Shown: positions 10,160 to 21,098, numbered from the stretch's first letter. The stretch is 64,000 nt of DNA from an uncultured delta proteobacterium (GCA_963760795.1 CAVXEP010000017.1:32001-96000); one strand, 5' to 3'. A program made the numbers and translations. The notes: a model not told the origin generated them from the sequence alone.

Positions 10160-12414
10160 ATTTCACATCGTCAATCATTCGATTCCGCGACGCGATGGCC
10201 GGGTCAAGGTCACCGGTAAAGCGCAATATGTCGCCGACCTGCGGCTCATCGGCATGGCCTACGCGAAAGTGCTGCGCAGTCCGGTCGCCCATGCGAAAAT
10301 TATTGCCATCGACAAGTCGAAAGCCGAATCCCACCCCGGCGTCTACTGCGTCGTCACCGGCTACGATCTCGACGGGTTGAATCCCTACTTCGGCCACGCC
10401 GTCAAAGACCATCCGCTTATTAGCAATCGACAAGGTGCGCTACACCGGCGAGCCGGTGGCCGCGGTGGTCGCCGTCGACGAGCGCACCGCCTTCGAAGCC
10501 TTGGAATTCATCGACGTCAAATACGAAGAGCTCAAAGGCGTCTTCACGCCGCAAGAGGCGCTGGCCAAAGATGCGCCGTTGTTGCACGACCGGAAATTCG
10601 AAGCCGGCGCGCTGCGCGGTTTCGAGGGCGAAGTTACCGCCGGCAAAGGCACAAATATTTGCCAGACGCACAAGATTCAGTGGGGCGATGTCGAGAAGGC
10701 ATTCAAGGAAGCCGCCGCGGTGGTCGAGGGCGACTATTATTTTCCCATGACCTACGCCTACGCCATGGAACCCTATGTCGCCATCGCCGATGTCAGCGAC
10801 CAGGGCGTGAATGTTTATTCGTCGGCGCAGCACCCGTTCATGGTGCGCCATGATCTGAAATCGATTTTCAATTTACCGGTCAGCAAGGTCCGTCTGATCG
10901 TGCCCTTCGTCGGCGGCGGTTACGGCAGCAAGTCCTACACCAAAGTCGAACCGCTGGTCGCCGCCTGCTCGTGGAAAGCCAAACGGCCGGTGAAACTGCA
11001 ACTCACCGTCGAAGAAGCGATGTTGACCACCCGCAGCGACGACGCCTACACCTGGATGCGCACCGCGGTGGATAAGAACGGTAAAATAATCGCGCGCCAG
11101 GCGAAAATCATGATGAACACCGGCGCCTACGCCGAGAACAGCCCGCTGGTGGTCGAGAAATCGACCAACCGCTGCGTCGGTCCCTATGCGATCGCCAATG
11201 TGCTGATCGAGAACATGTCGCTTTATACCAATACCGTGCCGGCCAGTTCATACCGCGGTTTCGGCTGCGCCCAAGTGACGCTGCCCGGCGAATCGCAGAT
11301 CGACGAGCTGGCGGCCAAGATCGGCAAAGATCCCTACCAGTTTCGGCTAGAGAATGCGGCCAAACCCGGCGAAGAATTTTTTCCCGGCATGCGCCCCTTC
11401 GACGGCACGCTCAAACAAGATTTAGACACCGCGGCCAAAGCGATCGGTTGGGGCACGCCGTTGGCGAAAGGCCATGGCCGCACCGTCGCCGTCTCCGGCA
11501 GCGACGCCGGCGCTTATCCGCTGACTTCAACGGCCGTGCGCGTCCACGCCGACGGTTCGGCGACCATCATGACCGGCAGCACCGAGCTGGGCCAGGGCAG
11601 CCACACCGTCCTGCCGCAGATCGCCGCCGAAGAATTGGGCATCGCCTACGACCAAGTCAACGTGGTGTCGTCGGACACCGCGATCACGCCCTACGATCGC
11701 TCCACCGGCGCCAGCCGGACAACGACGCTGATGGGCAGCGCGGTGATGGAAGCTTGCCAGGAAGCGATTCAGCAGATGGTCGTCATGGCCGCCGATGTGC
11801 TCAAGGTCAAAGTCGAAGAGATTGAAAAAGTGCGCGGCGGCGTCCGCTGCGGCGAGGTTGAGCTTAACTGGTCCCAGGTGATCAGCAAATTTTACGCTCT
11901 ACCCGACGGCGAAGTGATCGGCCGCTCGTACATTAGAAAGTCCGGCAGATTCGCCGCGCTGCCGGTGTTCTGGGAAGCCGCCGCCACCGGCGTGGAACTC
12001 TCCGTCGACGAAGACACCGGCAAGATCACCATGGAGAAACTCGCCACCGTCGGCGATGTCGGTTTGGCGATCAATCCGGCGCTGGCCGAAGGCCAAGACA
12101 TCGGCGCCGCGACCATGGGCATGGGCATCGGCCTGTTCGAAGAATTGATTTACGAAGGCTCGCAGTTGATGAACGGCTCGATCCTCGACTACCGTTTGCC
12201 GCGCTTCTCCGATTTACCGAAACAAGTCGAGCTCCACTTGGTGCAAAACCGCGACGGTGTCGGCCCCTATGGCGCCAAAGGCGGCGGCGAAGCGTCGCTG
12301 AACTCCATGGCCGCCAACATCGCCAACGCCGTCGACAAAGCCGTCGGCGTGCGCATCCGCCAAGCGCCGCTCACGCCGGAACGAGTCTGGCGCGCACTGA
12401 AAGAAAAGAAATGA
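10137..12414 (+). CDS. Xanthine dehydrogenase-family molybdopterin-binding large subunit; frameshift near 10415
   Basis: KVTGKAQYVADL, GGGYGSK, YRGFG, GQGSHT, GAKGGGE. Confidence 0.92.
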
Positions 12415-12421
12415 AAGGTTC

Positions 12422-12493
12422 AAGGATCGAAGTTTGAGGATCGAGAATAGAAAGTCGCGATCATCGAACCATCGATCCTTCGAATCTTCGAAC
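12422..12493. repeat. GAGGATC-type 7-mer repeat hairpin (degenerate)
   Basis: aaggatcga...gaggatcgagaatag...tcgatccttcgaatcttcga; related to 32541-32624. Confidence 0.55.
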
Positions 12494-12503
12494 TAGACTG
12501 TTT

Positions 12504-13358
12504 ATGATGCCCTTAAGAAAATTTGCCATTCATCAACCCAACACGGTCGCCGAAGCGTCGCAGATGCTCACCCAGTACGGCGAAAAAGGCCGGCTCTACG
12601 CCGGCGGCACCGAGCTGCTGCTCGCCATGAAGCATGATCTCTTGCGTTATGAGCACTTGGTCGATGTCAAAACCATTGCCGACTTGAATAAGATCGAGTT
12701 GAAAAATGGCGCGCTAATGATCGGCGGCAGCGCCACCCATCGCGCCATCGAACGCTCGCCGTTGGTCAAACAAAGCCTGCCGGTATTGGCCGAGATGGAA
12801 ACCAAGGTGGCAAACATTCGCGTGCGCGCCTGCGGCACCCTCGGCGGCAATCTCTGCTTCGCCGAGCCGCACTCCGATCCAGCGACGTTATTGACCGCGC
12901 TCGGCGCCAAGGCCCATGTTCAAGGCAAGGCCGGAGCGCGAACCGTGGCGATGGATAAACTGATCACCGGCGCCTATGAAACTTCCCTCGCCAGCGATGA
13001 ACTGTTGGTCGGTGTCGAGGTTCCAGTATTGGCAAAAAACCAGCGTGCCGCTTATCTAAAATTCCAACTCAAGGAGCGGCCCACGTTGGGACTAGCGCTG
13101 TTCTTAGAACTCGACGGCGACAGCATCAAAAAAGCTGCCGCCGTCGTCGGCAGCGTCAGCGTCGCACCGACTCAGTCCGACAAAGCCAACGGCTTGCTCA
13201 CCGGCGCGAGATCACAAGTTGAAAAGCAACTAGGCGACGCCGCCGAAGCCTTAGCCCAAGCCGCCGATCCGGTCGACGACACCGAGGGCGGCGCCGACTA
13301 CAAGCGCCACTTGATCGGTGTGTTTCTCCGCCGCGCTTTCATCAAAGCCCTGTCTTAG
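12504..13358 (+). CDS. Mo-hydroxylase FAD-binding medium subunit (CoxM-like)
   Basis: AGGTELL, IRVRACGTLGGNL, ADYKRHL motifs. Confidence 0.92.
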   Translation: MMPLRKFAIHQPNTVAEASQMLTQYGEKGRLYAGGTELLLAMKHDLLRYEHLVDVKTIADLNKIELKNGALMIGGSATHRAIERSPLVKQSLPVLAEMETKVANIRVRACGTLGGNLCFAEPHSDPATLLTALGAKAHVQGKAGARTVAMDKLITGAYETSLASDELLVGVEVPVLAKNQRAAYLKFQLKERPTLGLALFLELDGDSIKKAAAVVGSVSVAPTQSDKANGLLTGARSQVEKQLGDAAEALAQAADPVDDTEGGADYKRHLIGVFLRRAFIKALS

Positions 13359-13687
13359 AAACATTTATTCTTGCCGAGTTGGCATATCCACCCGTAACGG
13401 CGCGGATGATTTCGCGATCGCTTCCCGGACGCGGTGAAATTATCTTTTGACCGGCAATTACTCCCGCTCATTCAACGTCCGGAAAAAACTCTTGTCCACA
13501 GCGTCCGCTGATGGAACGTTTTGATAATCGCGTGCATCGGTGAAATCTTCTCTCCCGCCAAACATTCCCGTTACCCTTTAGGCGCTGCTGACGGTTGCGC
13601 TTGAATCTCTGCTCGGTCCTGGGCTAGTGTCACCGCCAAAGCGCGTGCCTGCGCTGGCTTAGATTTACCGAGCTTCAGGAGGAACAG

Positions 13688-14134
13688 ATGGCAGGAGAAA
13701 AGACCGTCGGTGACATCACCTTTCGCATTCGTCATACGATGATGCTGGTCAGCAATCTCGATCGCAGCATGGATTTTTACACGCGGCTGTTGGGCATGGA
13801 TGTGCAGCGGCTGCGGCCCTCGCCTGATAAGAACGAGCGGGTCGGCTACATCGGCTATGGCACTGAAGATGAATATCCTGGGTTAGAGCTGATCGAAACC
13901 GGTGGCCCCGGCCATATCCCGGCGATGCCCAAGTGGTACGGCCATGTCGCGATCTATGTTTCCGATCTCTACACGTTAAGCGAAAAACTAAAAGCCGAAG
14001 GCGTGAAATTTACCCTCGGCCCTCAGCCCAACCGTCCCGGCAGCCAAGATAAGGTTGCCTTCATCCAAGATCCCGATGGTTATCTTCTGGAACTGACCGA
14101 GCGCCACTCGAAGAGCGGCGCGCCGCTAAGCTGA
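13688..14134 (+). CDS. VOC family protein, lactoylglutathione lyase-like
   Basis: HTMMLVSNLDRSMDFYTRLLGM, LELI, GHVAI, AFIQDPDGYLLEL. Confidence 0.85.
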   Translation: MAGEKTVGDITFRIRHTMMLVSNLDRSMDFYTRLLGMDVQRLRPSPDKNERVGYIGYGTEDEYPGLELIETGGPGHIPAMPKWYGHVAIYVSDLYTLSEKLKAEGVKFTLGPQPNRPGSQDKVAFIQDPDGYLLELTERHSKSGAPLS

Positions 14135-14317
14135 GCGCATACCTGCGGTATGGTTAACCCAAAATCCGCAGGAGAAAAACGGCAGTTCACCCTGCACGTG
14201 TGAGTCCGGAGCAGTGAAGTCGCAAAGTCGTGTTTCATTGGCAGCTCCAAGATCTCACTTCCCTGCCGAATAAACCGGACGCGCCATAGCCCAAGGAGTG
14301 CTCTGAGGAATCCGCGT

Positions 14318-15323
14318 TTAACGGACAAACATGGCGCGATATTGCCGGCTATAATCGTCGAGCTTCTCAGCCAACTGCACCCGGCTGGGAATCACTTTGA
14401 GATGACCGGGGTAGCCCTCCGGTCTTAAGCCGGGCATGGCCGGCTCGCGGCCGCGCTTGAGAAAAACTCTCTGACCTTCATCCGATAAAGCGAAGTCGAT
14501 GAACAAGCGCGCCGCATTGGGGCGCGGCGCTTTCTCGACGATACTGATCGGATGAAGCGCCAGGATCGCCGGCTCCAATCCCAGCCAATCCACCGGCGCG
14601 CCCTGTTTCTTCATCAGATGAGGCCGGTACCAGTAGGCGACGATCTGCAAGTCGAACTCGCCGGCACTGAGCAGTTGGGTGATGAGCGAGCGGCCGCTAC
14701 GGATGGCCACTTCTTGTTTCGCCAACGACTGCATGAACTCCAGCCCTTTTTTCTCGCCCATGAAATGGAGCATGTTGGCAAACCAGCGATCTTCATTCTG
14801 ATCCAACACCATGCGCCCCTTCCAACGCGGATGCAGCAGATCTTCCCAGCGCTTGGGCAGTTCGTCGCGTTTGACTCGGTTGGTGTTGTACGCCGTGACG
14901 ATCAGATTGTCGTAAAGATCGGTCCAATAACCGTTCGGGTCTTTGAATCCCTCGGAATAGACCGCGGCGTAGGGAGATTTGTAAGGCGCGAGAAAGCCTT
15001 TCTTTTGCATGTGATAGGTTTCAAACTCGCCGACGCTGACCACGTCGGCGACGTAGGTATTCGTCTGGCGCTCGATGTTCATGCGGCTAAAGATTTTGTC
15101 ATGGGTCGAGCGAAAAATGTCGGTCTTGATAAATGGATACTTGGCCTCGAAGGCGCTGGTGAGCGACCGGGCAAACTCGGTCTCCACCGAAGTGTAGAAA
15201 ATCATCTTGCCTTCTTTACGCGCCGCTTCGACGAGCAGCCGCTGTTGCGCATCGCTCGGCGCCCTGGCTGATTTCACTCAGGCTTAAGAGAAAGAGAATG
15301 ACCAAGGCTAGTACTCGCGTCAT
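14318..15323 (-). CDS. Extracellular solute-binding protein (Fe3+/polyamine-type); frameshift near 15280
   Basis: ARKEGKMIFY, FEAKYPFIK, DLLHPRWKG, APRPNAARLF; signal peptide from ATG 15323 with GGAGG RBS. Confidence 0.85.
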
Positions 15324-15342
15324 GGCTTAGTACCTCCCAAAT

Positions 15343-15909
15343 TCACGAAGCGCTTTTGCCCCATGGTAGTTCGAGCTTGTTGACGATATCGAATTGCGAA
15401 CGGCCGGTATAGTATACGTTCTTGCCGTAGACGTGCAGTGACACGCTTGGTTCGTCCGTCGTATTTTCGACGCTATGAATTATCGAGTTCGGCAACACCA
15501 CGGCCTGGCCGAGAACGCAGTCCATTGCACCGACCCGTTCGAGTTCCGCATAACCGGCGCGGCTGCCGTCGTCGATGCGCCGCCAGAAAATGTTTTTCTC
15601 CGCGCCTTCGAGTCCGACGACGATGCCCCACGTACCATGGTTATGCGGCAGGGTCGCACCGCTCGGCAGCCAACTCAACAGCGCCACCGCCAACCCGTGA
15701 TCCGGCTCTTCGTGGAGTAGATTGAAGCTGAAGCCTTTCTCGACGTTTGAATGAATCGGCGCTTCGTTCTTCAAGTCTGGGTTGGCAGCCAAACGCTCGG
15801 CCAGCGGCGCAACTTGGCGGAGGATGTCCCGTTCTTCGGTTACGCTGGCCGTGATCGTCCGCAATGCGGTGACAAACTGCGCTAGTGAATAAGCAGTCTT
15901 GGTATCCAT
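15343..15909 (-). CDS. Cysteine dioxygenase-like cupin (thiol dioxygenase family)
   Basis: PHNHGTWG, IHSVEN, SLHVYG (3-His site plus the SLHxY motif). Confidence 0.8.
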   Translation of the reverse strand: MDTKTAYSLAQFVTALRTITASVTEERDILRQVAPLAERLAANPDLKNEAPIHSNVEKGFSFNLLHEEPDHGLAVALLSWLPSGATLPHNHGTWGIVVGLEGAEKNIFWRRIDDGSRAGYAELERVGAMDCVLGQAVVLPNSIIHSVENTTDEPSVSLHVYGKNVYYTGRSQFDIVNKLELPWGKSAS

Positions 15910-16063
15910 TAAAATTTACGGCACCTGCGAAAATGTTCTGCCGATCATTCTTGCCGCCATCGCATCGCAGGCAACGACTGGAGTTGCCCTTACAAATCCG
16001 ATTCCTTTTTGTGAACTTTGCGTTCTTTGCGGCCATTCTCCTTTTCGGTTGCGGCCAATTCTC

Positions 16064-16681
16064 TTATCTTCTTTGGCGCTTCGGCATCTGCGCCGCGAGC
16101 GTCGGCCAATCAGCGTAGCGGCCAACATTGGCGTGATCTTCGGCGACGCGATTCCACGGGCAATCGATCAGCGCCACGGGAAGCTTCATCTGAGCAGCGA
16201 GAAACTGCGCCATCGGCAGGGAATCCTCCACCGCCCAACAATACGTTCGCTGAGCTAATTCGTCAAGGCGAATCGCCACCGTGTTCTCTGTGCTAAAGCG
16301 CGAATACTTGTCGACCATGTTAAATGATTGATGCGGCACGCGATAACGCGCCAGCCACGCCAACGAAGGTTCATAGGAGTCGGGCGGCCTGCCGGTCACG
16401 ATGGCAATCTCGTAACCGTCATTTGCCCAACGGCCTAGTGCGGCGATGGCTGCTTCGATGGGCGCAATTCGCATGAGTTCATCCGGCCGATGCACGATGC
16501 GGTACAGCTCCTCGGTTTCCTCCGGCGCCAAGCCGCACGACGTCCCGATATCGAAATCCGTGAGATCTTCATAGGCGATCCGTTTGGCGAATTCGCGCTC
16601 CACGACGGCAAGGAAATGGCGCGCGGTCTCGCATAGCACATCGTCGAGATCGACGTAAATGGTTTTCGAGTTTGCAGTCAT
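16064..16681 (-). CDS. HAD-superfamily 5'(3')-nucleotidase-like protein
   Basis: VDLDDVL (DxD), IVTGR, VEDS and PWN motifs. Confidence 0.75.
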   Translation of the reverse strand: MTANSKTIYVDLDDVLCETARHFLAVVEREFAKRIAYEDLTDFDIGTSCGLAPEETEELYRIVHRPDELMRIAPIEAAIAALGRWANDGYEIAIVTGRPPDSYEPSLAWLARYRVPHQSFNMVDKYSRFSTENTVAIRLDELAQRTYCWAVEDSLPMAQFLAAQMKLPVALIDCPWNRVAEDHANVGRYADWPTLAAQMPKRQRR

Positions 16682-16687
16682 CGATTT

Positions 16688-17167
16688 CTAGAATTGGTTG
16701 TCGCGCGGTTGCTCAACGAGCGCCAATTCGAGTTTTCCCGACAGATGATCGACTGTGAAGCTGGCGTTGCGCAAGAATATCCGGCCAAGAATGCCGATGA
16801 TATCGGCGCGATGATCGTGGCTCTTCTCGCGCAGCGACGGCACGCCGACGCATTCGAGCACAGTCGAATACAGCGTTGGCTTACCGTCCACATCCACCGC
16901 CGGCAGATACACGCGGCCTAAGTAAAGTTGTAGGGTGCCATAGCCATGGATGCCATGCACCGCCCGCGTACCGAGCGGCGACAAGGGTAACATCTCGGCG
17001 ACGGCAAGATCGATCATCGCACCGTAGGCGCCGGTGTCGATGAGAAATTCGCCTCTGATCTCGCGACCCAGTTCGTCGTGCTGCCGCGCCCAGCTTCCTG
17101 ACACGACCGGCCCCGTCTCGGCTAATCGTTCTGCACTGATGTCCGCTCGGATTACGTACTTATTCAT
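16688..17167 (-). CDS. Retropepsin-like (clan AA) aspartyl protease
   Basis: FLIDTGA catalytic motif and GILGRIFL psi-loop; single domain of 159 aa. Confidence 0.75.
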   Translation of the reverse strand: MNKYVIRADISAERLAETGPVVSGSWARQHDELGREIRGEFLIDTGAYGAMIDLAVAEMLPLSPLGTRAVHGIHGYGTLQLYLGRVYLPAVDVDGKPTLYSTVLECVGVPSLREKSHDHRADIIGILGRIFLRNASFTVDHLSGKLELALVEQPRDNQF

Positions 17168-17194
17168 CGAGAATTGCTGCCCAACTGAGTGCGT

Positions 17195-17776
17195 TTAACC
17201 TTTCGAGACAAATTCGCTGTCACGAACAATAAAACGCAACGGCTTGTCCTTCCACTTACCGGCGTAGTCAACACCGATCCGCGGCGTGGCGGTGAACTTC
17301 GGCATCGGTTCGCCGCGGTCTTCGAGGTAAAGACTCTTGCCGCAAACATCGGCGCCATTGAGCGATCGGTCGATGGCGAACGCCTGGCAAAGTTTGCCTG
17401 GACCGCTGGCGAGATTGTGCAGCAAATCAGTCTTTCGATTCTGCTTCATTTGCTCGATCCCGCGCACCGGCTCCACCGCCCGGATCAACACCGCCGCGGG
17501 AAAGTCCTTTGCTTCGGTGACCAAATTGAGCATGTTGTAAAATCCGTAGATAAAGTAAACATAGGCGTGCCCCGCCGCGCCGAACATCACATCCGTCCGC
17601 TTGGTTCGCCCTTTGGAAGCATGACAAGCTAGATCGTGCGGGCCAAGATATGCTTCGGTCTCAACGATCCGCCCGGTCAAAATACCCTCTTCGCGCCGAT
17701 GCACGAGAAATTTGCCTAACAGTTGTTTGGCAACATCGATGGTCGATTGTTCGTAAAATGAGCGTGGCAGCTTCAA
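17195..17776 (-). CDS. mpg: DNA-3-methyladenine glycosylase (AAG/MPG family)
   Basis: GRIVETEAY, YVYFIYG, AVLIRAVEP, GPGKLCQA, PRIGV. Confidence 0.95.
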   Translation of the reverse strand: MKLPRSFYEQSTIDVAKQLLGKFLVHRREEGILTGRIVETEAYLGPHDLACHASKGRTKRTDVMFGAAGHAYVYFIYGFYNMLNLVTEAKDFPAAVLIRAVEPVRGIEQMKQNRKTDLLHNLASGPGKLCQAFAIDRSLNGADVCGKSLYLEDRGEPMPKFTATPRIGVDYAGKWKDKPLRFIVRDSEFVSKG

Positions 17777-17839
17777 GGGCAGAATGAATAGAGGTCAACC
17801 GATTCTGACTACTGATTCCTGATCGCTGGCTTCCGTTCT

Positions 17840-18226
17840 CTATCCCGACTGCGGCAAGCCATCCTTGATTTCGACCCAAGGCGCCTTCGAGCTGACGTGA
17901 ATATGCTTGGAAATTTTCACACCCGGGTCGCTGTCCAGACTGCCGGGACGAAAGCGTAAGCTGCTCGGATCTTTATCTTTCCGCTTCACTAATGGCGTGC
18001 CGCAGCGACCGCAAAATACCCGGTGATTGCCCGGCGACGATTGCCATTCCTTGAGCAGCTCTTGTCCCGCCGTGAAACGAAACGACGCCGCCGGAATCGA
18101 CGCCCCGCTGGCAAACGCCGACCCCGACATCTTGCGGCACAAGCTGCAGTGACAGTTGGTTACGGCGCTAATTTCGCCGTCGATTTGGTATTTCACACCG
18201 CCGCAAAGACATGAACCGGTCAACAT
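17840..18226 (-). CDS. GFA family Zn-binding protein
   Basis: GSCLCGGV, CHCSLCRK, FCGRCGTP; GGAGG RBS. Confidence 0.9.
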   Translation of the reverse strand: MLTGSCLCGGVKYQIDGEISAVTNCHCSLCRKMSGSAFASGASIPAASFRFTAGQELLKEWQSSPGNHRVFCGRCGTPLVKRKDKDPSSLRFRPGSLDSDPGVKISKHIHVSSKAPWVEIKDGLPQSG

Positions 18227-18290
18227 GGAACCTCCACTGACTATCATTTATATGATTTGCTTATGTCGCTCAGCACTGCGCTAAACAATT

Positions 18291-19223
18291 CTATTTGATT
18301 TCCCGCACCAAACTCCAATCGACCAACTGGCTCAGCGGAATATCTTTGGTCAGCTTGAGCCGTTCCTTGGTGAGCTGCACGTCGAGGAGGACGCCTTTGT
18401 CGGAGATTATGCCGTCGTCGGTGAACGAATTGATCGACGCGTCGTAGGCTCGGGCGGACTGGGACGGCGTGATGCGCAGATAATCGGCAAGCATCTGGAC
18501 TGTCTCATTGCGATTCTGTTTCATGAAACGCAGGCCGCGCACGCCGGCGCGCACGACTCGCTTGATCTGATCGCGCTGGGTCTGAAGTTTCTGGTCCATC
18601 ACGGCGATACCGGAAAGCGGCAATTCAATGAGGTCGCCTAAATAGACCAGCCGCTTGAACCCCTCGTCCTCGGCTTTGACCGCGAAGGCGACGTCGATGG
18701 GCGTCGCGTCGATGGCGCCGGCGCGCAACGCCGCCAGGCGTGTCGGGCTCTCGCCGGTGACGATGATCTTGACATCTTTCTCCGGCTCGAATCCGAAGTG
18801 GCGCACCGCCACGCGCGACAGGTAGTCGACCGTGCCGGCAACCGAATCGACGCCGATAATTTTGCCTTTCAAATCCTTCGGCGATTTGATCTCCGGCCGG
18901 GCGATCAAGACATGCAGAGGCCGGCCGGCAAAACCTAGCACCGCTTTGATCGGCACGCCGCTTACCGCTGCGCGCAACGCCGAACCCCAGGCGAGCAGAT
19001 AATCGACGTCGCCGGACATCAACGCCTTGACACCAATGGCCGGCTGCATTTGAATCTTATCGACCTCGATCCCTTCGTCTCGGTAGAATCCCTTGCGCAT
19101 GGCGACGACGACGGGAAACTCGAACAGTCCGCGGCTCGGCGTCGCGATCGTCACCCGTTCCGCCGCCGGCGCGGGATCGCCAGTGGCAAGAATCGTCAAC
19201 GCGACCAGATATCGCCAGAACAC
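18291..19223 (-). CDS. ABC substrate-binding protein, NMT1/THI5-like
   Basis: KGFYRDEGIEV, DLKGKIIGV, RLAALRAGAIDA. Confidence 0.88.
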   Translation of the reverse strand: MFWRYLVALTILATGDPAPAAERVTIATPSRGLFEFPVVVAMRKGFYRDEGIEVDKIQMQPAIGVKALMSGDVDYLLAWGSALRAAVSGVPIKAVLGFAGRPLHVLIARPEIKSPKDLKGKIIGVDSVAGTVDYLSRVAVRHFGFEPEKDVKIIVTGESPTRLAALRAGAIDATPIDVAFAVKAEDEGFKRLVYLGDLIELPLSGIAVMDQKLQTQRDQIKRVVRAGVRGLRFMKQNRNETVQMLADYLRITPSQSARAYDASINSFTDDGIISDKGVLLDVQLTKERLKLTKDIPLSQLVDWSLVREIK

Positions 19224-19265
19224 GCAAGAAAATCTGGCTCTGTAGTAAATGCATCATGACCCCCG

Positions 19266-20091
19266 CTATTCCATCCGAACATTTTTGCTTGAAATCGTAG
19301 GTCGTCGAATAGTCGCTTTCGTAAGTGCAGAAAATCCGATTCTTATCCCAGCCGCCGGCAAAACATTTTTTCAGAAACGCCATCATCAGCTTCCACGCGT
19401 CGTTGGCGGCTTCTTTGCGATAGCGTCCCGGCATGGTGTCGTTGAGCCAACCATGGGGCGCGTCGCGATAGATGCGGATGTGGCAGCTCTTCTTCGATTT
19501 CTCGAAGCAGTTGCGGAAGCGCGCGACATCGTCGACGGAGATAATATGATCCGCCTCGCCGAAAATCCCCAGGACCGGACAGTTCACCTGGGCGACCAGC
19601 TCGTCTATCGGAGTAGGCCGCAGTTCGTTACCTTGCCACTCACGGCCGCCGACCGCGCCGTAGAGCACCACGGCACCGGCGATGTCATCGCGCTTGGCCG
19701 CCAGCAGCACCGGTTGACGGCCAGTTTGGCAGACGCCGATGATGCCGATCCGCGAGCCGTCAACTTGTTTCAGTCTTTTGAGATATTCCACCGCCGCGTT
19801 CAGATCGGCCAGCGCGCCATCATCGGTGAGGTCTACGCGCTGCTCGCCGCGCAATACCGCCTTGCGGTCGCCGGTGAAGCGATGAAACAGATCCGGCGCC
19901 AAGCCGACAAAGCCCGCTTGGGCCAGCTTGGCGGTCAGATCTTTGGTATGCTGATCGACGCCATAGCGCTCGTGAAGAATAATCACCGCCGGCCGTTTAC
20001 CTTTAGCCTTGGGCAAAGCCCGCGCGGCGCTAATGCCGCCGCCGAACTTGATCATGGTTGCACTGATTCCCGTCGATTTCTTGGCTGCCAT
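19266..20091 (-). CDS. Dienelactone hydrolase family protein; frameshift near the C-terminus (about 19290)
   Basis: HERYG, GVCQTG (Cys nucleophile), GEADH, HGWLN; restored end ...SKNVRME*. Confidence 0.88.
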
Positions 20092-20220
20092 CACGCCTCC
20101 ACTGCGGTTGTCGTAGAATTTAAAATTGTCTAATCGCCGCCAAGCTTATCCCTCGATCCGCGAGGGAGTCAAGGTAGGCAAAGCTTGTGTCATATCGAAG
20201 TTGAACGTATATTCCGGCCC

Positions 20221-20539
20221 ATGAACCTCAAAGACGGCTCCACCCTGGTTGCCGATCTCACGACCATCGGCCGCAAGAGCGGCTTGGCCGCGCGCCGTTA
20301 AGCTGCGTTTTCTCTTTTTCCAGGGAAACTTCTACGCCACGTCGACCAGAGTACAAGGCAAACACTGGTGTCAGAACATGATCAAGAATAGCGCCGTCGA
20401 TATCACGGCTAAAGGCGAGAAGTTTTCCTGCACAGCCAAGCAGGTGACCGATGAGGCGCTGCGCAAACAGGTGCTGACCCTGCGCGACTCGCCGCCGCAG
20501 TTAGAACGCGTGGTTTTCGAAATCACGCCTAATAAATAA
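20221..20539 (+). CDS. Deazaflavin-dependent nitroreductase-like (split-barrel FDOR) protein; frameshift near 20287
   Basis: Restored LTTIGRKSGLPR...W..N...V motif typical of the Ddn/DUF385 family. Confidence 0.65.
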
Positions 20540-20562
20540 CGATCTCGGGGATTCGGATATTG

Positions 20563-20760
20563 CTCGCGCTAAGCGCGCAAAGGTAAGGCAAACATGTCAT
20601 TTCGACCGAAGGGAGAAATCTTTCCGAGATCCCTCGTATTCCCTCGGGATGACGGGCCTCGGCCCGTCACTTTGCGACCTTGGCGTCCTTTGCGCGAGAC
20701 AATCCGAGATTAACCGGTGCGCGAAGCGCACCCTACGAAACCTTCGTGCCTTCGTGGTGA
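20563..20760. repeat. Composite of nested REP-like elements
   Basis: GCGCAAAG arms enclosing a GTCATTTCGACCGAAGGGAGAAATCT...CTCGGGATGAC element, followed by an inverted GTAG-REP and a CTTCGTG arm. Confidence 0.75.
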
Positions 20761-20882
20761 ACAAAACTATTGACTATACGCACGCTTCAAAAGCAGCGGG
20801 CCGATGCCCCAGAACACACCGGCGAGCAGCGCATAGGCGATGCCGGTTTGCAGTTCGGAACTGGAACATGGACGAAGTAAGT

Positions 20883-21098
20883 TTACTTTTTCGTCTCTTC
20901 CTTCGCCTCGGTCATCTTCTTTTCGACGGTCTCAACGCCCTTGACCATGCCTTCCATCATCTTCTGTTCTTTCTGCGCGCCTTGTTGGATCGCCTGCTTG
21001 GCCGCTTCGTCGCGCGCCGCCTGATCCTCCTTGTTGCCGCAAGCCGGTAATGCCGCGACTAAGCAGAAAAGAACAATCATTCGAAATGTTTTACCCAC
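20883..21098 (-). CDS. Small hypothetical lipoprotein
   Basis: GGAGG RBS, GTG start, hydrophobic signal with lipobox LPAC, helical charged tail. Confidence 0.65.
   Translation of the reverse strand: MGKTFRMIVLFCLVAALPACGNKEDQAARDEAAKQAIQQGAQKEQKMMEGMVKGVETVEKKMTEAKEETKK

Noticed and set aside
9662-13358. Aerobic CO dehydrogenase (coxMSL)
   Set aside because: The large subunit lacks AYxCSFR, the gene order is S-L-M, and no cox accessory genes are present.
13359-13687. 330-bp spacer as an ncRNA or a remnant of an SBP C-terminus (VDKSFFRTL on the minus strand)
   Set aside because: The match is too short and there is no convincing structure or ORF, so it cannot be supported without a database search.
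19057-19265. C-terminal extension of the dienelactone hydrolase overlapping the SBP gene
   Set aside because: Frameshift artefact; the natural stop is at 19266.
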